From the IMG/VR virus record IMGVR_UViG_3300030101_004641: 33,206 nt of DNA. One strand, 5' to 3'. The notes under the pieces were generated by a model that did no database searches, was not told the origin of the DNA, and saw nothing but the letters and a program-made list of their open reading frames with translations. A program made the translations under genes and the position numbers. Shown here piece by piece: positions 7,873 to 16,683 of the stretch. The stretch is from an uncultured virus (IMG/VR IMGVR_UViG_3300030101_004641) (lineage: Duplodnaviria > Heunggongvirae > Uroviricota > Caudoviricetes). Position 1 is the stretch's first letter. Each line of letters begins with the position of its first letter.

Positions 7873-8952
7873 TTATCTAACATCTTTAAATGAATGTCTT
7901 CTTATAATATCTCGACCTTGATTTACTAAATCATCAGCAGCTAATAAATCTCCACTGTCTATTACATCTCCATATAAACCTTGGAATATGTTTGCCTCTT
8001 CTATGTTACCTACGGCTTTCATTCCATTTACAATATTGGCTACTTTGTGTTCTAAAAAATGTTCTGCTTGGGCTCCAGGGGTATAGTTGCGTAATTCTTC
8101 ATCTTTTAAATTCATGTTTTTAGTATGTTCGTGTAAATTATTTGCATGATTATATTTTTCTGTGTGTCCATAATCAATAAACTGTAATTTATTTGTGGAC
8201 GGATCATATACAGTATGATCTTGTCTTGGGTCTTTGTATCTATCTGTGCCTAAATCAGTGTGTACAATTCCTCTATCAGCTAATTGTAATTGAGCTTTTG
8301 ATACAGCTAATCTATACTTTTGATTTTCTTTTTTTAATTCTTCAGAATTTTCATTATTATTTAAATTTTTTACATAATTTTGTAATACAACATCTTTACC
8401 TCCTAATTGGCCAAGAGTATTTATTCTGTCCATTTCAGTAACTTGATGTCTTGGATCTACTGTTCCATATCTATTATCAAATGAGCGAAGTATCTCCATA
8501 GGTACTTCATGTTTATAAGGAAGATTAGTGACAGAGTGAATTCTTGGGGCAACTCCCATTTCAACTGCTTCTAATTGTCGCTGTATTTCATTATCACCAA
8601 ATTGTTGTCTATTTATCGTGTCTTGTCTTTGTACTTTTAAAATTCTTTGTGGATCTCCAGGTTTTTCAAAGACAGCTCCATATGCTCCCTCTCCCATAGG
8701 TTTATATTTGTCATACATATCAACAAAACCTTTACCATATAAAGCAGTAAGTGCTTCATCTCTCATAGGTTTATATTCTTTTTCATTGTCTGGTAAGAAA
8801 AAGTCTATACCAGTATTCTTGGCATTATGAATTCGAGCTAAGTAACTACCAACAATATCCCTCTCGCCTGCTTTTCTACCCATCACTCGTGACATTTTAT
8901 AAATGCCAGATTCTGGATTCATATATTTTCTAAAAAATTCTTCTTCGTTCAC
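7873..8952 (-). CDS. protein-kinase-like fold protein
   Basis: Gly loop GEGAYGAVF, beta3 Lys (ILKV), candidate alphaC Glu (DNEI), catalytic HTDL, Mg-binding FIDYG. Confidence 0.8.
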   Translation of the reverse strand: MNEEEFFRKYMNPESGIYKMSRVMGRKAGERDIVGSYLARIHNAKNTGIDFFLPDNEKEYKPMRDEALTALYGKGFVDMYDKYKPMGEGAYGAVFEKPGDPQRILKVQRQDTINRQQFGDNEIQRQLEAVEMGVAPRIHSVTNLPYKHEVPMEILRSFDNRYGTVDPRHQVTEMDRINTLGQLGGKDVVLQNYVKNLNNNENSEELKKENQKYRLAVSKAQLQLADRGIVHTDLGTDRYKDPRQDHTVYDPSTNKLQFIDYGHTEKYNHANNLHEHTKNMNLKDEELRNYTPGAQAEHFLEHKVANIVNGMKAVGNIEEANIFQGLYGDVIDSGDLLAADDLVNQGRDIIRRHSFKDVR

Positions 8953-8992
8953 ACTTGCATTAGAATATTACTATATATTTTAAGTTAACTAA

Positions 8993-9187
8993 ATGAACGA
9001 AATAACTATTTTTATCTATTTATTGTTCTTTGCTGGAGTCTCAGGTGCTACCTTTGCTTTTACTTGGAGAATGATGACATTAACTTTAGATGACTTTACT
9101 AAGGTTAGAAAGATACATCCAGAGTTAGAAGATGTAAAACCTGGAGAAGAATTACTTGTTTTTAAGGTCGAAGAAGAGGCAGATTAA
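8993..9187 (+). CDS. DUF2973-like small membrane protein
   Basis: N-terminal TM helix, then HPEL...GEELLVF. Confidence 0.7.
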   Translation: MNEITIFIYLLFFAGVSGATFAFTWRMMTLTLDDFTKVRKIHPELEDVKPGEELLVFKVEEEAD

Positions 9188-9196
9188 AATACTAAA

Positions 9197-9709
9197 ATGG
9201 CAAGTAAAGTAATTAAAGACAATGATGGAGTAGCAATTGTAGAAGGCACTCCAGAGGCAAGTCTAATAAAAGACTCCAAAAAATTTTTTAATGCACCATT
9301 ACCAGAAAGAAAAGCTGGAGATAAAATAGTAGAAGCCGGCCTAGCTCAAGCACCTCAAGACCAAGCAAGTTTTAAATTAGTATCTAGAGATTTGTCAGCC
9401 GGTAGTGGTTCAGGTCTAGATCGGAGAATCATAAATACTAGAAAGCCTACAGCTGAAGACTTAAAACAAATGAATAATCCGCCAACTAGTGATCCCGTGC
9501 CAGTATTAGAGACTTTGAGAGAAGGATCTAAGTTTGCAGAGCCTGCTATGGAATCAAATGTAAAAGAAAAGACTCCACAAGAAACAGAACCAAGAAGAAA
9601 AGAAGCTGTAAATAAAAGTAGAGAATTTAAAAGAGCAAGATTTATAGAAAGATCTGCTGGAGAACAAGCAGCTACTCAAGGTAGTTTTATATCAACTCTA
9701 AACAATTAG
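9197..9709 (+). CDS. hypothetical, largely disordered protein
   Basis: 170-aa ORF, charged and Pro-rich. Confidence 0.7.
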   Translation: MASKVIKDNDGVAIVEGTPEASLIKDSKKFFNAPLPERKAGDKIVEAGLAQAPQDQASFKLVSRDLSAGSGSGLDRRIINTRKPTAEDLKQMNNPPTSDPVPVLETLREGSKFAEPAMESNVKEKTPQETEPRRKEAVNKSREFKRARFIERSAGEQAATQGSFISTLNN

Positions 9710-9764
9710 GAATAAATGAAGACAAAGAAGAAAAAGGTGTTTTAATATAGTAAACACCTATTGT

Positions 9765-10040
9765 ATGAATTTACATACTGTATTTTTTATGAAAATTAAA
9801 GAAAAAACAGATTTAAAAAAACATCACGCAAATGTTTTAAAAAAACTGGATGGATTATTAAAAACTATAGATGGGTTAAGAGAAGACCCTATATTTATAG
9901 ATACTATTCATGGAGAACAAGAGTTAAGTCTTGACCAGACAATAGAACTATTTAATGGAATTAGATCTCATTTCGTGGCTCCAAATAGTCCACAAGCAAA
10001 AGAACCTGGTTTCGAAACTAACTCTTTTGATGTATCATAA
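9765..10040 (+). CDS. hypothetical protein
   Basis: 91-aa ORF; start could be the second ATG. Confidence 0.65.
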   Translation: MNLHTVFFMKIKEKTDLKKHHANVLKKLDGLLKTIDGLREDPIFIDTIHGEQELSLDQTIELFNGIRSHFVAPNSPQAKEPGFETNSFDVS

Positions 10041-10062
10041 GTAAACACTTTACATTTTTATT

Positions 10063-10239
10063 ATGTACAACCAAGGACTTAATCGTAGACATCAACCTTT
10101 TGTTGATAATCATACTAACCATCACACAAGACTTAGGTATGAAGTTTACAATTCTATGGCAAACGCAGATTATCAATATGGGGCAATAGCATCTCAGTTT
10201 TTATCTACAAATTATGATGACTTCTTTGTAGAATATTAA
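10063..10239 (+). CDS. small hypothetical protein (58 aa)
   Basis: MYNQGLNRRHQPFVDNHTNHH...DDFFVEY*. Confidence 0.55.
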   Translation: MYNQGLNRRHQPFVDNHTNHHTRLRYEVYNSMANADYQYGAIASQFLSTNYDDFFVEY

Positions 10240-10388
10240 ATTTTATAACAGACCTTTTCAAAAACCCTTACCATTGCTACGTTGAAGTTCCAGACCTCAG
10301 TAACAGCAATGGTTTTCTTATGCACAAATGCTTGTACGATGCAAGTATATCTACTACATAATAAATTACGCAGATAAAAAATAAACAA

Positions 10389-10559
10389 ATGGAAGACAGT
10401 GCAAACAACAAAAAACAACTTGCATGGGCAGTGCTATCAAAGTCCACTGGTGGTGGTTTAAGTCAAGTTATTAAAGTTACTAATTGTGTAGAAGCAGATG
10501 AGACAGTAGCCGATCAGCCAGATTTATTTTATAAGTCAGGACCTTTCTATATAAGTTGA
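10389..10559 (+). CDS. small hypothetical protein (56 aa)
   Basis: MEDSANNKKQLAWAVLSKS...YKSGPFYIS*. Confidence 0.55.
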   Translation: MEDSANNKKQLAWAVLSKSTGGGLSQVIKVTNCVEADETVADQPDLFYKSGPFYIS

Positions 10560-10606
10560 AATTCTCATAAAATTCGCTACCGTTGCATAAGATAGTTAAC
10601 AACTTA

Positions 10607-10804
10607 ATGAACCCTAAAATAACTGCTTACTACGTTTTTATTCATGACCATAGGATAGGCCCTCATGCTCCACAATTTGATAACATGGATGACGCAGAGA
10701 ATTTTGCTAATTCTATGAGGGCTATAACAGAATGCGTAGTGAGTGAACCAGTACCAATGGTTATGACAGAAGAAGTCAAAACTAAACTTAATACTGGTGA
10801 TTAA
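10607..10804 (+). CDS. hypothetical protein
   Basis: Track ORF 10583..10804; first ATG at 10607. Confidence 0.65.
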   Translation: MNPKITAYYVFIHDHRIGPHAPQFDNMDDAENFANSMRAITECVVSEPVPMVMTEEVKTKLNTGD

Positions 10805-10845
10805 TAATTTTTATGCTAAGGTGGCTTTAGGACTTTTAAAATGTA

Positions 10846-11094
10846 ATGGCAGTTGTAGTGAGCGTTTCCGTACCAGATGATTTAAATGCTAAATGGAAAC
10901 AATCTGACCTTAAAATAAGTCCATCACAGATATTTCAAATTGCCTTAGAAACACAGCTTGATGGGAAAAATAAACATCTTCAGCATTGGAGCTCCAGAGC
11001 ATTAGCAGCTGAGAAAAAATTAAAACTATTTAAACAAGTATTAGATGCAAATGAATTAGATATCAAAAAGTTTTCTTACTTTGAAAATACATAA
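10846..11094 (+). CDS. ribbon-helix-helix (CcdA-like) DNA-binding protein
   Basis: VVSVSVPDDL...K...ISPSQIFQ.AL pattern. Confidence 0.65.
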   Translation: MAVVVSVSVPDDLNAKWKQSDLKISPSQIFQIALETQLDGKNKHLQHWSSRALAAEKKLKLFKQVLDANELDIKKFSYFENT

Positions 11095-11130
11095 ATAGAG
11101 TTACAATATAATTAATATCTTGATAACGAT

Positions 11131-11325
11131 ATGAAAGTTGTGATTACTCCTTCTTTCCCACGAGAGTTAGACTCTTCGGAAATGCTTATAGTGCGAGATA
11201 TATTTGATGATTTAAAAGAAGAGAGCTTAATTTCTGCATCAATGAATATTTCTGAATTTAAAGAGCTTTGTTTTCAAAGAGGGTTAAATGATTATAGAAA
11301 AGATTTAAGTATGACCAATTGTTAG
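11131..11325 (+). CDS. hypothetical protein
   Basis: 64-aa ORF. Confidence 0.6.
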   Translation: MKVVITPSFPRELDSSEMLIVRDIFDDLKEESLISASMNISEFKELCFQRGLNDYRKDLSMTNC

Positions 11326-11369
11326 GTACAGATAGAATATAAAGATTAGTAAGTAAGTTTGGGGAAAAA

Positions 11370-13325
11370 ATGGTTAAAGGTGATTTCTTTAGTCCTATTG
11401 GATCAAGTTTCAATGGTAACAGTTTTAACACAAACGACGATACTGAAATAGCTGGATTTTTTAGTAGAAAAAAAGAAATACCAAGTAAAAAATTTAAAGG
11501 AATAAAAGGAATAACGGCAGAAAAGGATGCTATAAACTCACAGACCTATAGAGATATGGGTGATGAGAGTATGGCAGATACTTTTAGAGAAAAATATAAT
11601 ATTGATCCAAGAGATTATTTAAATTTACAGAGTAAAAAATTAACGACACCTTCAGGTATTGATGAGGGTAAAATTGCAAGTGCTACTTCAGATCTGGATG
11701 GGCTTCTTGCTTCTCAACAAGACTATCAATTTGATAGGGTTTATGATACAGAAAAGACTTTTGATGTCTATAAGTCTCCAGAATTTAATCAGTATCTTAA
11801 AAAAGGTTATGGTTTTACTACGGAAGACAGAGAATTTAAAAGGTATCCCGGTCATATAAAACGGTTATTAAAAGATAGTTTTTTAGATGAAAGTCCTCAA
11901 TATAGAAGAGATAATCTGATAAATAAAGCTCCTGAAGAAGGTAATATTCTTCAAAGAGTAGGAGATTTTTTAGGTAAAGCCTTTACAGGTCAACCAGTAC
12001 AAGCAGGAACACTTACAGATAATCAAGATACCAATTTTGGAATTTCATTTACTCCTGATAAAGACGATACATCTGTAGGATTTGATCAAAAAATAACCTC
12101 AGATCCAAAAACAATGACCGCTGGTGAGATAGGTGAAGCATTAAGACCTAGTAATTTATTTAAATATAAAGACAAATTTGGCGTATTTGATGATCCAGGA
12201 TCTCCACTAGATCGTCAAAGAGAAGAAAATAAGCAAAAATTACAGACAAGTTTTACTTCACCGATAGTAGGTAGACCTACCACAGTTGAAGAATTAGGGG
12301 CTGCGATGAGGGAGAGAGCACGATTAAGAAATGAAGCATTTAAAAGAGGAGAGTTTGAAGGATTAAAATCAGCAGACGTAGATAGAACAAAAATATCAGC
12401 AGAAGATCGTGCAAAAATGGCACAGGTTGATTCTTCATTAGGTAATGTACTAGCTCAATCATTCAACAGACTTACAAGTCCATTTGGAGGTCCTCAACTA
12501 TCTCTAGAAACAGTAGGAGATAGGCAATTAAGACTAGCAACAAGTGAACTAAATAAACCAAGTTTTAAGCAAAGTGCTGAAGCTCGTCAGTCACTAGGCA
12601 TTACTATTGACCAATTAAAAGCTAGAAACCTTCAACAAATACGTGCTAATGCCCTAGCTAGAAATCAAATATTTCAAGCAAAACAAGAAGACTTTAGAAT
12701 AAAAAAAGCAGCTGATCGATTAGCACGAGATACAGGAGCATTAGATTCAAGTTTCGCTGGTGTCCGTAACAGAGGATTTAGGAGTGATCGCTCCTCAATA
12801 TCAACAGGATCAATAGGTAGAAAACAACCTAAAGTAAAATCACCGATGGCTGCTGGTATGGGTGATGGGGCTGAGAGGGCAAGAGCTTTAGCAAAAGCAA
12901 GAAATGCGAAGAAAAAAGGTTTTGGAACAGGAACAACAAGTAATACGAGCTCAACAAGTAGTGCTAGTTCAACAGGTGATAGTTCTACACAATCAGGTAT
13001 TAATACAAGTAGAAGTAGAAGAAGAGGTAGTAAAAAAAGTAGTGGTAAAAAAGGTGGTGGCGGAGGCGGCGGCGGAGGCGGCGGCGGTGGCGGCGGCACC
13101 GGTGGAGGCGGTGGATCTACTAGTGGCGGTGGATCTACTAGTGGCTCAGGTAAAAGTGGCGGTGGAATAAATCGGAGTAAATATAGAAGAAGAAGTAAAA
13201 GAGGTAAGAAGAAGTGCGATATAAGATGTAAAGTTAATATTTCATTACTTACAAGTATGAATTTAATGCGTGATGACTTAGCTGATGTAGCATACTTTGT
13301 AAAGGAATTACAAGAGATTAATTAA
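11370..13325 (+). CDS. large low-complexity protein with poly-Gly/basic tail and S74-like terminal motif, possibly virion-associated
   Basis: 651 aa; Ser/Thr, Arg/Lys and poly-Gly tracts; ends CDIRCKVNI... Confidence 0.8.
   Translation: MVKGDFFSPIGSSFNGNSFNTNDDTEIAGFFSRKKEIPSKKFKGIKGITAEKDAINSQTYRDMGDESMADTFREKYNIDPRDYLNLQSKKLTTPSGIDEGKIASATSDLDGLLASQQDYQFDRVYDTEKTFDVYKSPEFNQYLKKGYGFTTEDREFKRYPGHIKRLLKDSFLDESPQYRRDNLINKAPEEGNILQRVGDFLGKAFTGQPVQAGTLTDNQDTNFGISFTPDKDDTSVGFDQKITSDPKTMTAGEIGEALRPSNLFKYKDKFGVFDDPGSPLDRQREENKQKLQTSFTSPIVGRPTTVEELGAAMRERARLRNEAFKRGEFEGLKSADVDRTKISAEDRAKMAQVDSSLGNVLAQSFNRLTSPFGGPQLSLETVGDRQLRLATSELNKPSFKQSAEARQSLGITIDQLKARNLQQIRANALARNQIFQAKQEDFRIKKAADRLARDTGALDSSFAGVRNRGFRSDRSSISTGSIGRKQPKVKSPMAAGMGDGAERARALAKARNAKKKGFGTGTTSNTSSTSSASSTGDSSTQSGINTSRSRRRGSKKSSGKKGGGGGGGGGGGGGGGTGGGGGSTSGGGSTSGSGKSGGGINRSKYRRRSKRGKKKCDIRCKVNISLLTSMNLMRDDLADVAYFVKELQEIN
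13053..13166 (+). repeat. GGN codon tract with an 18-bp tandem duplication
   Basis: Poly-Gly run; GGCGGTGGATCTACTAGT x2 at 13107-13142. Confidence 0.9.
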
Positions 13326-13348
13326 TCTTTATCTCTTAGGAGGTTGGT

Positions 13349-13495
13349 ATGAGTGGAGATGTAGGTTTACAAAATGAACCAATTATTTTTTATTGTGAGG
13401 AAATGACCGAAACAAAATTAATTCTTTTAAAACATAAAAAAATTAAGATCAAACTTTATAAAAAAGTTATGAAAAACATAGATAAATTAAAATAA
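13349..13495 (+). CDS. small hypothetical protein (48 aa)
   Basis: AGGAGG SD; MSGDVGLQNEPIIFYCEEMTETKLILLKHK... Confidence 0.65.
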   Translation: MSGDVGLQNEPIIFYCEEMTETKLILLKHKKIKIKLYKKVMKNIDKLK

Positions 13496-13513
13496 TTAAA
13501 GAATTAAAAAAAA

Positions 13514-13666
13514 ATGCCTCATAAAATGGAAAAAGTTATGTCTGAATTTAAAGCAGGCAAACTTAAATCAGGGGGAGATAAGACAGTAAAGAAAAGAAAA
13601 CAGGCAGTAGCTATAGGTCTTGCTATGGATTACAAAGCACACGGAAAAAAATCGAAAAAAACTTAA
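13514..13666 (+). CDS. DUF6496-like basic protein (50 aa)
   Basis: KMEKVMSEFKAGKLKSG...VKKRKQAVAIGL. Confidence 0.7.
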   Translation: MPHKMEKVMSEFKAGKLKSGGDKTVKKRKQAVAIGLAMDYKAHGKKSKKT

Positions 13667-13669
13667 CTT

Positions 13670-14248
13670 TTAGGCTAAATTATAATTTACAATACATCTA
13701 GCGGTGTTTTTACATTGTTGTGCTGTATGATATTGTCCTCCATCAAAAAGAACCACTCTTCCTTGTTTAGGTGTTACTTTTTGTTTAATAGTATATGTAT
13801 CTGATTCAGTTCTTTCGTTATATATAACAGTATCACCATCACTAGAAACTACATAATACAAAACAACGGTATGTTCAAATCCTTCATCAAGATCTATATG
13901 AGGAGTATCATCTTCTTTACTTTGTAAATTTAAAGGGAATTGCATAAAAGACCTACCCTGTAATATTTTTGCCGTAGGCATATTTAAATAATGACAAGCA
14001 TATTGAAGCATCGGTGTAAACAAATCATGAAAATCGCTAATAATATCACTTGAATTGTCGTCATTAAACTCTACATATACGTGCGAAAGTCCTGGACGAC
14101 CTTGATTCCCATCTTCGTAAGCAGCAGTAACATCATCAATGTAGTACCAAGGAAAAAGATTATCTCCCATAAGATTATCTTTAATTTTTTCCTGATATTC
14201 AAGATCTATAAAATCATCAATAACTAAAATTTCACCTTTGCCAATCAT
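13670..14248 (-). CDS. 2OG-Fe(II) oxygenase superfamily protein
   Basis: HxD (PHID), LYYV..SDGDT, PKQGRVVLFDG..YH, terminal R. Confidence 0.85.
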   Translation of the reverse strand: MIGKGEILVIDDFIDLEYQEKIKDNLMGDNLFPWYYIDDVTAAYEDGNQGRPGLSHVYVEFNDDNSSDIISDFHDLFTPMLQYACHYLNMPTAKILQGRSFMQFPLNLQSKEDDTPHIDLDEGFEHTVVLYYVVSSDGDTVIYNERTESDTYTIKQKVTPKQGRVVLFDGGQYHTAQQCKNTARCIVNYNLA

Positions 14249-14297
14249 GACATTCCTCTTTTATTCTTGACCATATATTATATATAGTATCTAAAAA

Positions 14298-14444
14298 CTA
14301 TTTATTTTTCCTCCTTAATGTAGCTTTATTTACAGCCTCCGATCTTTTTGTTTTAGATGTAAGAGTGCCTTTTGACACGTCAACAAATCTCGGTAAACTT
14401 TGTGTGACTTCTTCTTTTAATAACTCTGTATTAGGTCTTAGCAT
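14298..14444 (-). CDS. small basic protein (48 aa)
   Basis: MLRPNTELLKEEVTQSLPRF...EAVNKATLRRKNK*; overlaps the upstream stop. Confidence 0.55.
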   Translation of the reverse strand: MLRPNTELLKEEVTQSLPRFVDVSKGTLTSKTKRSEAVNKATLRRKNK

Positions 14445-14733
14445 TTTTCTTCTTAGTTTTTATTTTTTGTTGCTCAATAAATTTACGATAAACAGAGGCA
14501 GCTCCTGTTTTACCAGCAACTTTTGCTCTCTGCTCCATAGCTATAGCAGCTTGAGTTTTATGAGCATGAGTTCTATTACTCTTTCTTATTTTCGCAACAC
14601 TTAATGCAGCTGTTCTTTTGTCTTTAAATCCAAGACCTTTTATAGTTCCCTTCGGATTTTCATCTGTATAAAGGTCACTGTGTTTATCACTCTTTGCAGG
14701 TTGTCCTTTTTTTCTAGGTATGCGAGCAGCCAT
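14431..14733 (-). CDS. Lys-rich conserved viral protein
   Basis: HSDLYTDENPKGTIKGLGFKD...HKTQAAIAMEQRA. Confidence 0.8.
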   Translation of the reverse strand: MAARIPRKKGQPAKSDKHSDLYTDENPKGTIKGLGFKDKRTAALSVAKIRKSNRTHAHKTQAAIAMEQRAKVAGKTGAASVYRKFIEQQKIKTKKKNAKT

Positions 14734-14945
14734 TACTTCATACTTTTAGCTGCCTTTTTACTAGCCATTTTCCTAGCTTTTCGAGCTTTATCTGTGTTCT
14801 TTACAAACTGTTTACCTTTTCTACTTTCTCTTTTCTTTTTATCGTCTGTTTTTTTTCTTTCTGCTTTTGACATAGCAGCCCATGCAGCCTCTGGTAAATA
14901 ACGAGAGGTGCTTTTTTTACCTTTTTTTATAGCCTTATCTGCCAT
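14733..14945 (-). CDS. DUF5872-like protein, C-terminal half
   Basis: RYLPEAAW..MS..E...TD.KK...S.KGKQFV.NT. Confidence 0.75.
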   Translation of the reverse strand: MADKAIKKGKKSTSRYLPEAAWAAMSKAERKKTDDKKKRESRKGKQFVKNTDKARKARKMASKKAAKSMK

Positions 14946-15078
14946 TTTTCTTATTCCTTTTATCTACGTTTTCCATAACCTTAAGAATCTTTTCAAGTCT
15001 CACAGCCTGATTTTTATGAGTTCTAGATGCTTTATGTAACTCACCTATAATTTTTTTTATTTTTGGAGTTTGATGCAT
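14935..15078 (-). CDS. small basic protein (47 aa)
   Basis: MHQTPKIKKIIGELHKASRTHKNQAVRLEKIL...; fills the operon gap. Confidence 0.65.
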   Translation of the reverse strand: MHQTPKIKKIIGELHKASRTHKNQAVRLEKILKVMENVDKRNKKNGR

Positions 15079-15080
15079 AA

Positions 15081-15503
15081 TTAACAGTCCTTGATAGGTC
15101 CTCCAAATAGCCAAGCATCACATGTTCTAGCACTGGCACATTTAAATTTAAACAACTGGCAATAACCTAAATCAGCTCTTTCTTGAACATCGTAGGGGTC
15201 AGCTGCTTTTGTTTCATTTATGCCTTCAATAATACAGTTAATTATTTTTTCTGTTTGATCAAATGCTGAACAATTTGCACATAAAGATGTCTTTACTGTT
15301 TCGACATTACTTTTCCATAGCTTTGCTTTCTTTTCCCAAAATCCTGGATCTGGATTAGCAGGGTTTAAAGGACCATAACCAAATTTTCTTATGGTGTAAT
15401 TTCGGTTTTTAATGTTCTCATCAACATCTTTTGTAGCAGTTGGACAAGATTCACCAACCTTACTTGCTGTTTTGTTGAGAAGGATTACGACTTTAGTTTT
15501 CAT
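15081..15503 (-). CDS. Cys-rich protein, HiPIP-like cysteine pattern
   Basis: CANC..F ... GYCQLF ... TCDAW. Confidence 0.7.
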   Translation of the reverse strand: MKTKVVILLNKTASKVGESCPTATKDVDENIKNRNYTIRKFGYGPLNPANPDPGFWEKKAKLWKSNVETVKTSLCANCSAFDQTEKIINCIIEGINETKAADPYDVQERADLGYCQLFKFKCASARTCDAWLFGGPIKDC

Positions 15504-15512
15504 TCTTATATT

Positions 15513-15764
15513 CTAATCTTTCTTCTTTTTCTCATACTCTTTTCTGGTCATCCATTTTTCTTTACCCCATCGTTTAAGATCCTTTTGTTTCTTACCCTTA
15601 CCTCCTTTATAACCTCCTCCTTGAGCTTTATATTTTTGTGCTACTAACTGTGCTTTTCTAGCTGACCATTGACCTGGCTTACCACCTTTAGATCCAGCTT
15701 TGACCTGATTAAATATTCTTTTTCTCAGAGCAGGTTTAGTGTATTTTGAATCGTCTTGTGCCAT
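15513..15764 (-). CDS. DUF5872-like protein, N-terminal half
   Basis: YTKP.LR......AGSKGGKPGQWSARKAQL....YK..GGGY...Q..L..W..EKW.T. Confidence 0.8.
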   Translation of the reverse strand: MAQDDSKYTKPALRKRIFNQVKAGSKGGKPGQWSARKAQLVAQKYKAQGGGYKGGKGKKQKDLKRWGKEKWMTRKEYEKKKKD

Positions 15765-16045
15765 TAAAATCTATTTTGAATTGGCTCTTTATTAAGAATA
15801 ACAGGGGGAATACTATCAGAATAAGATCTTGAAACTTCTCTCATATAGTGAGGATTGTTCATCTCAAATTTAGGTTCATTCTTTCCTATATATGACACTA
15901 CAAAATTACATTTATCTGACTTTTCTTTTTTTTGTGGTTGAAAAGGATCTGCTAATCCAGCTGTTACCATTGAATAATCATTATACATATTCGAATATTT
16001 CACAGGAAAACTTGGATAATATCCTAAAGAACCAGCAAATCTCAT
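15764..16045 (-). CDS. hypothetical protein
   Basis: 93 aa; TAATG coupling. Confidence 0.7.
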   Translation of the reverse strand: MRFAGSLGYYPSFPVKYSNMYNDYSMVTAGLADPFQPQKKEKSDKCNFVVSYIGKNEPKFEMNNPHYMREVSRSYSDSIPPVILNKEPIQNRF

Positions 16046-16455
16046 TATGACATCATAGATTTTGTAAATTTACTTAATAACTCACGCTCAGTATTTTTTG
16101 AACTCTTTTTATCATTTGGATCAAAAGGGATTACAGGTATTTCCATGAAGTTTGGTCTATTATCTACACCTTTGTCTCCATATTCTTGATTAAATTCTTC
16201 TTTAGTTCCCTGAAATTCTCCAGGCATTTTAAAGTTAAAAGGATTTATTTGATTTTTTGAACGTCTATCAAGCACATCCTTTATTACTTGATCTGCATTA
16301 TCTCCTAAATTTTCTTTAGGCATCTTACCACTTAGGACCATATCAACTAAATCATCCATAGATGCATCTCCAAAAGGTACATCTCCCGCTGGTGCATCAG
16401 GATTTACATGATGAGCTAAGATTTTGTTGCTTATAAAATTATCTAAAAATTCCAT
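16045..16455 (-). CDS. hypothetical protein
   Basis: 136 aa; TAATG coupling. Confidence 0.7.
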   Translation of the reverse strand: MEFLDNFISNKILAHHVNPDAPAGDVPFGDASMDDLVDMVLSGKMPKENLGDNADQVIKDVLDRRSKNQINPFNFKMPGEFQGTKEEFNQEYGDKGVDNRPNFMEIPVIPFDPNDKKSSKNTERELLSKFTKSMMS

Positions 16456-16658
16456 TACCTACCCATTTCCTTCATGTTTTGTAGAAACTGAGCCACTCGT
16501 TGTAAAACACTTGTCTTTGTATTTTCCATTTGTTTTTGCCCTAATTGTTGATCACCTGGGCTACGCATAGATAGACTTCCAATTGAAGGATTATTAAAAG
16601 TTTGTCCATTCATTTTACGTAGGTTGTCTTCGTAAGACTGACTTGTAGTGCCTGGCAT
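16455..16658 (-). CDS. hypothetical protein
   Basis: 67 aa; TAATG coupling. Confidence 0.7.
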   Translation of the reverse strand: MPGTTSQSYEDNLRKMNGQTFNNPSIGSLSMRSPGDQQLGQKQMENTKTSVLQRVAQFLQNMKEMGR

Positions 16659-16683
16659 TGTTATTAATGATGTTTGTTCAATT

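Noticed and set aside
8193..8830. + strand ORFs inside the kinase gene
   Set aside because: Antisense shadows
10236..10418. 60-aa minus-strand ORF
   Set aside because: Non-ATG start and overlaps + strand genes at both ends
11659..13170. Poly-Pro ORF (12674 -) and alternate-frame ORFs 11659 and 12904
   Set aside because: Nested in the 651-aa gene; the poly-Pro and Ala/Val frames are by-products of the poly-Gly GGN tract
14365..14901. + strand hydrophobic ORFs 14365 and 14680
   Set aside because: Reverse complement of Lys-rich genes
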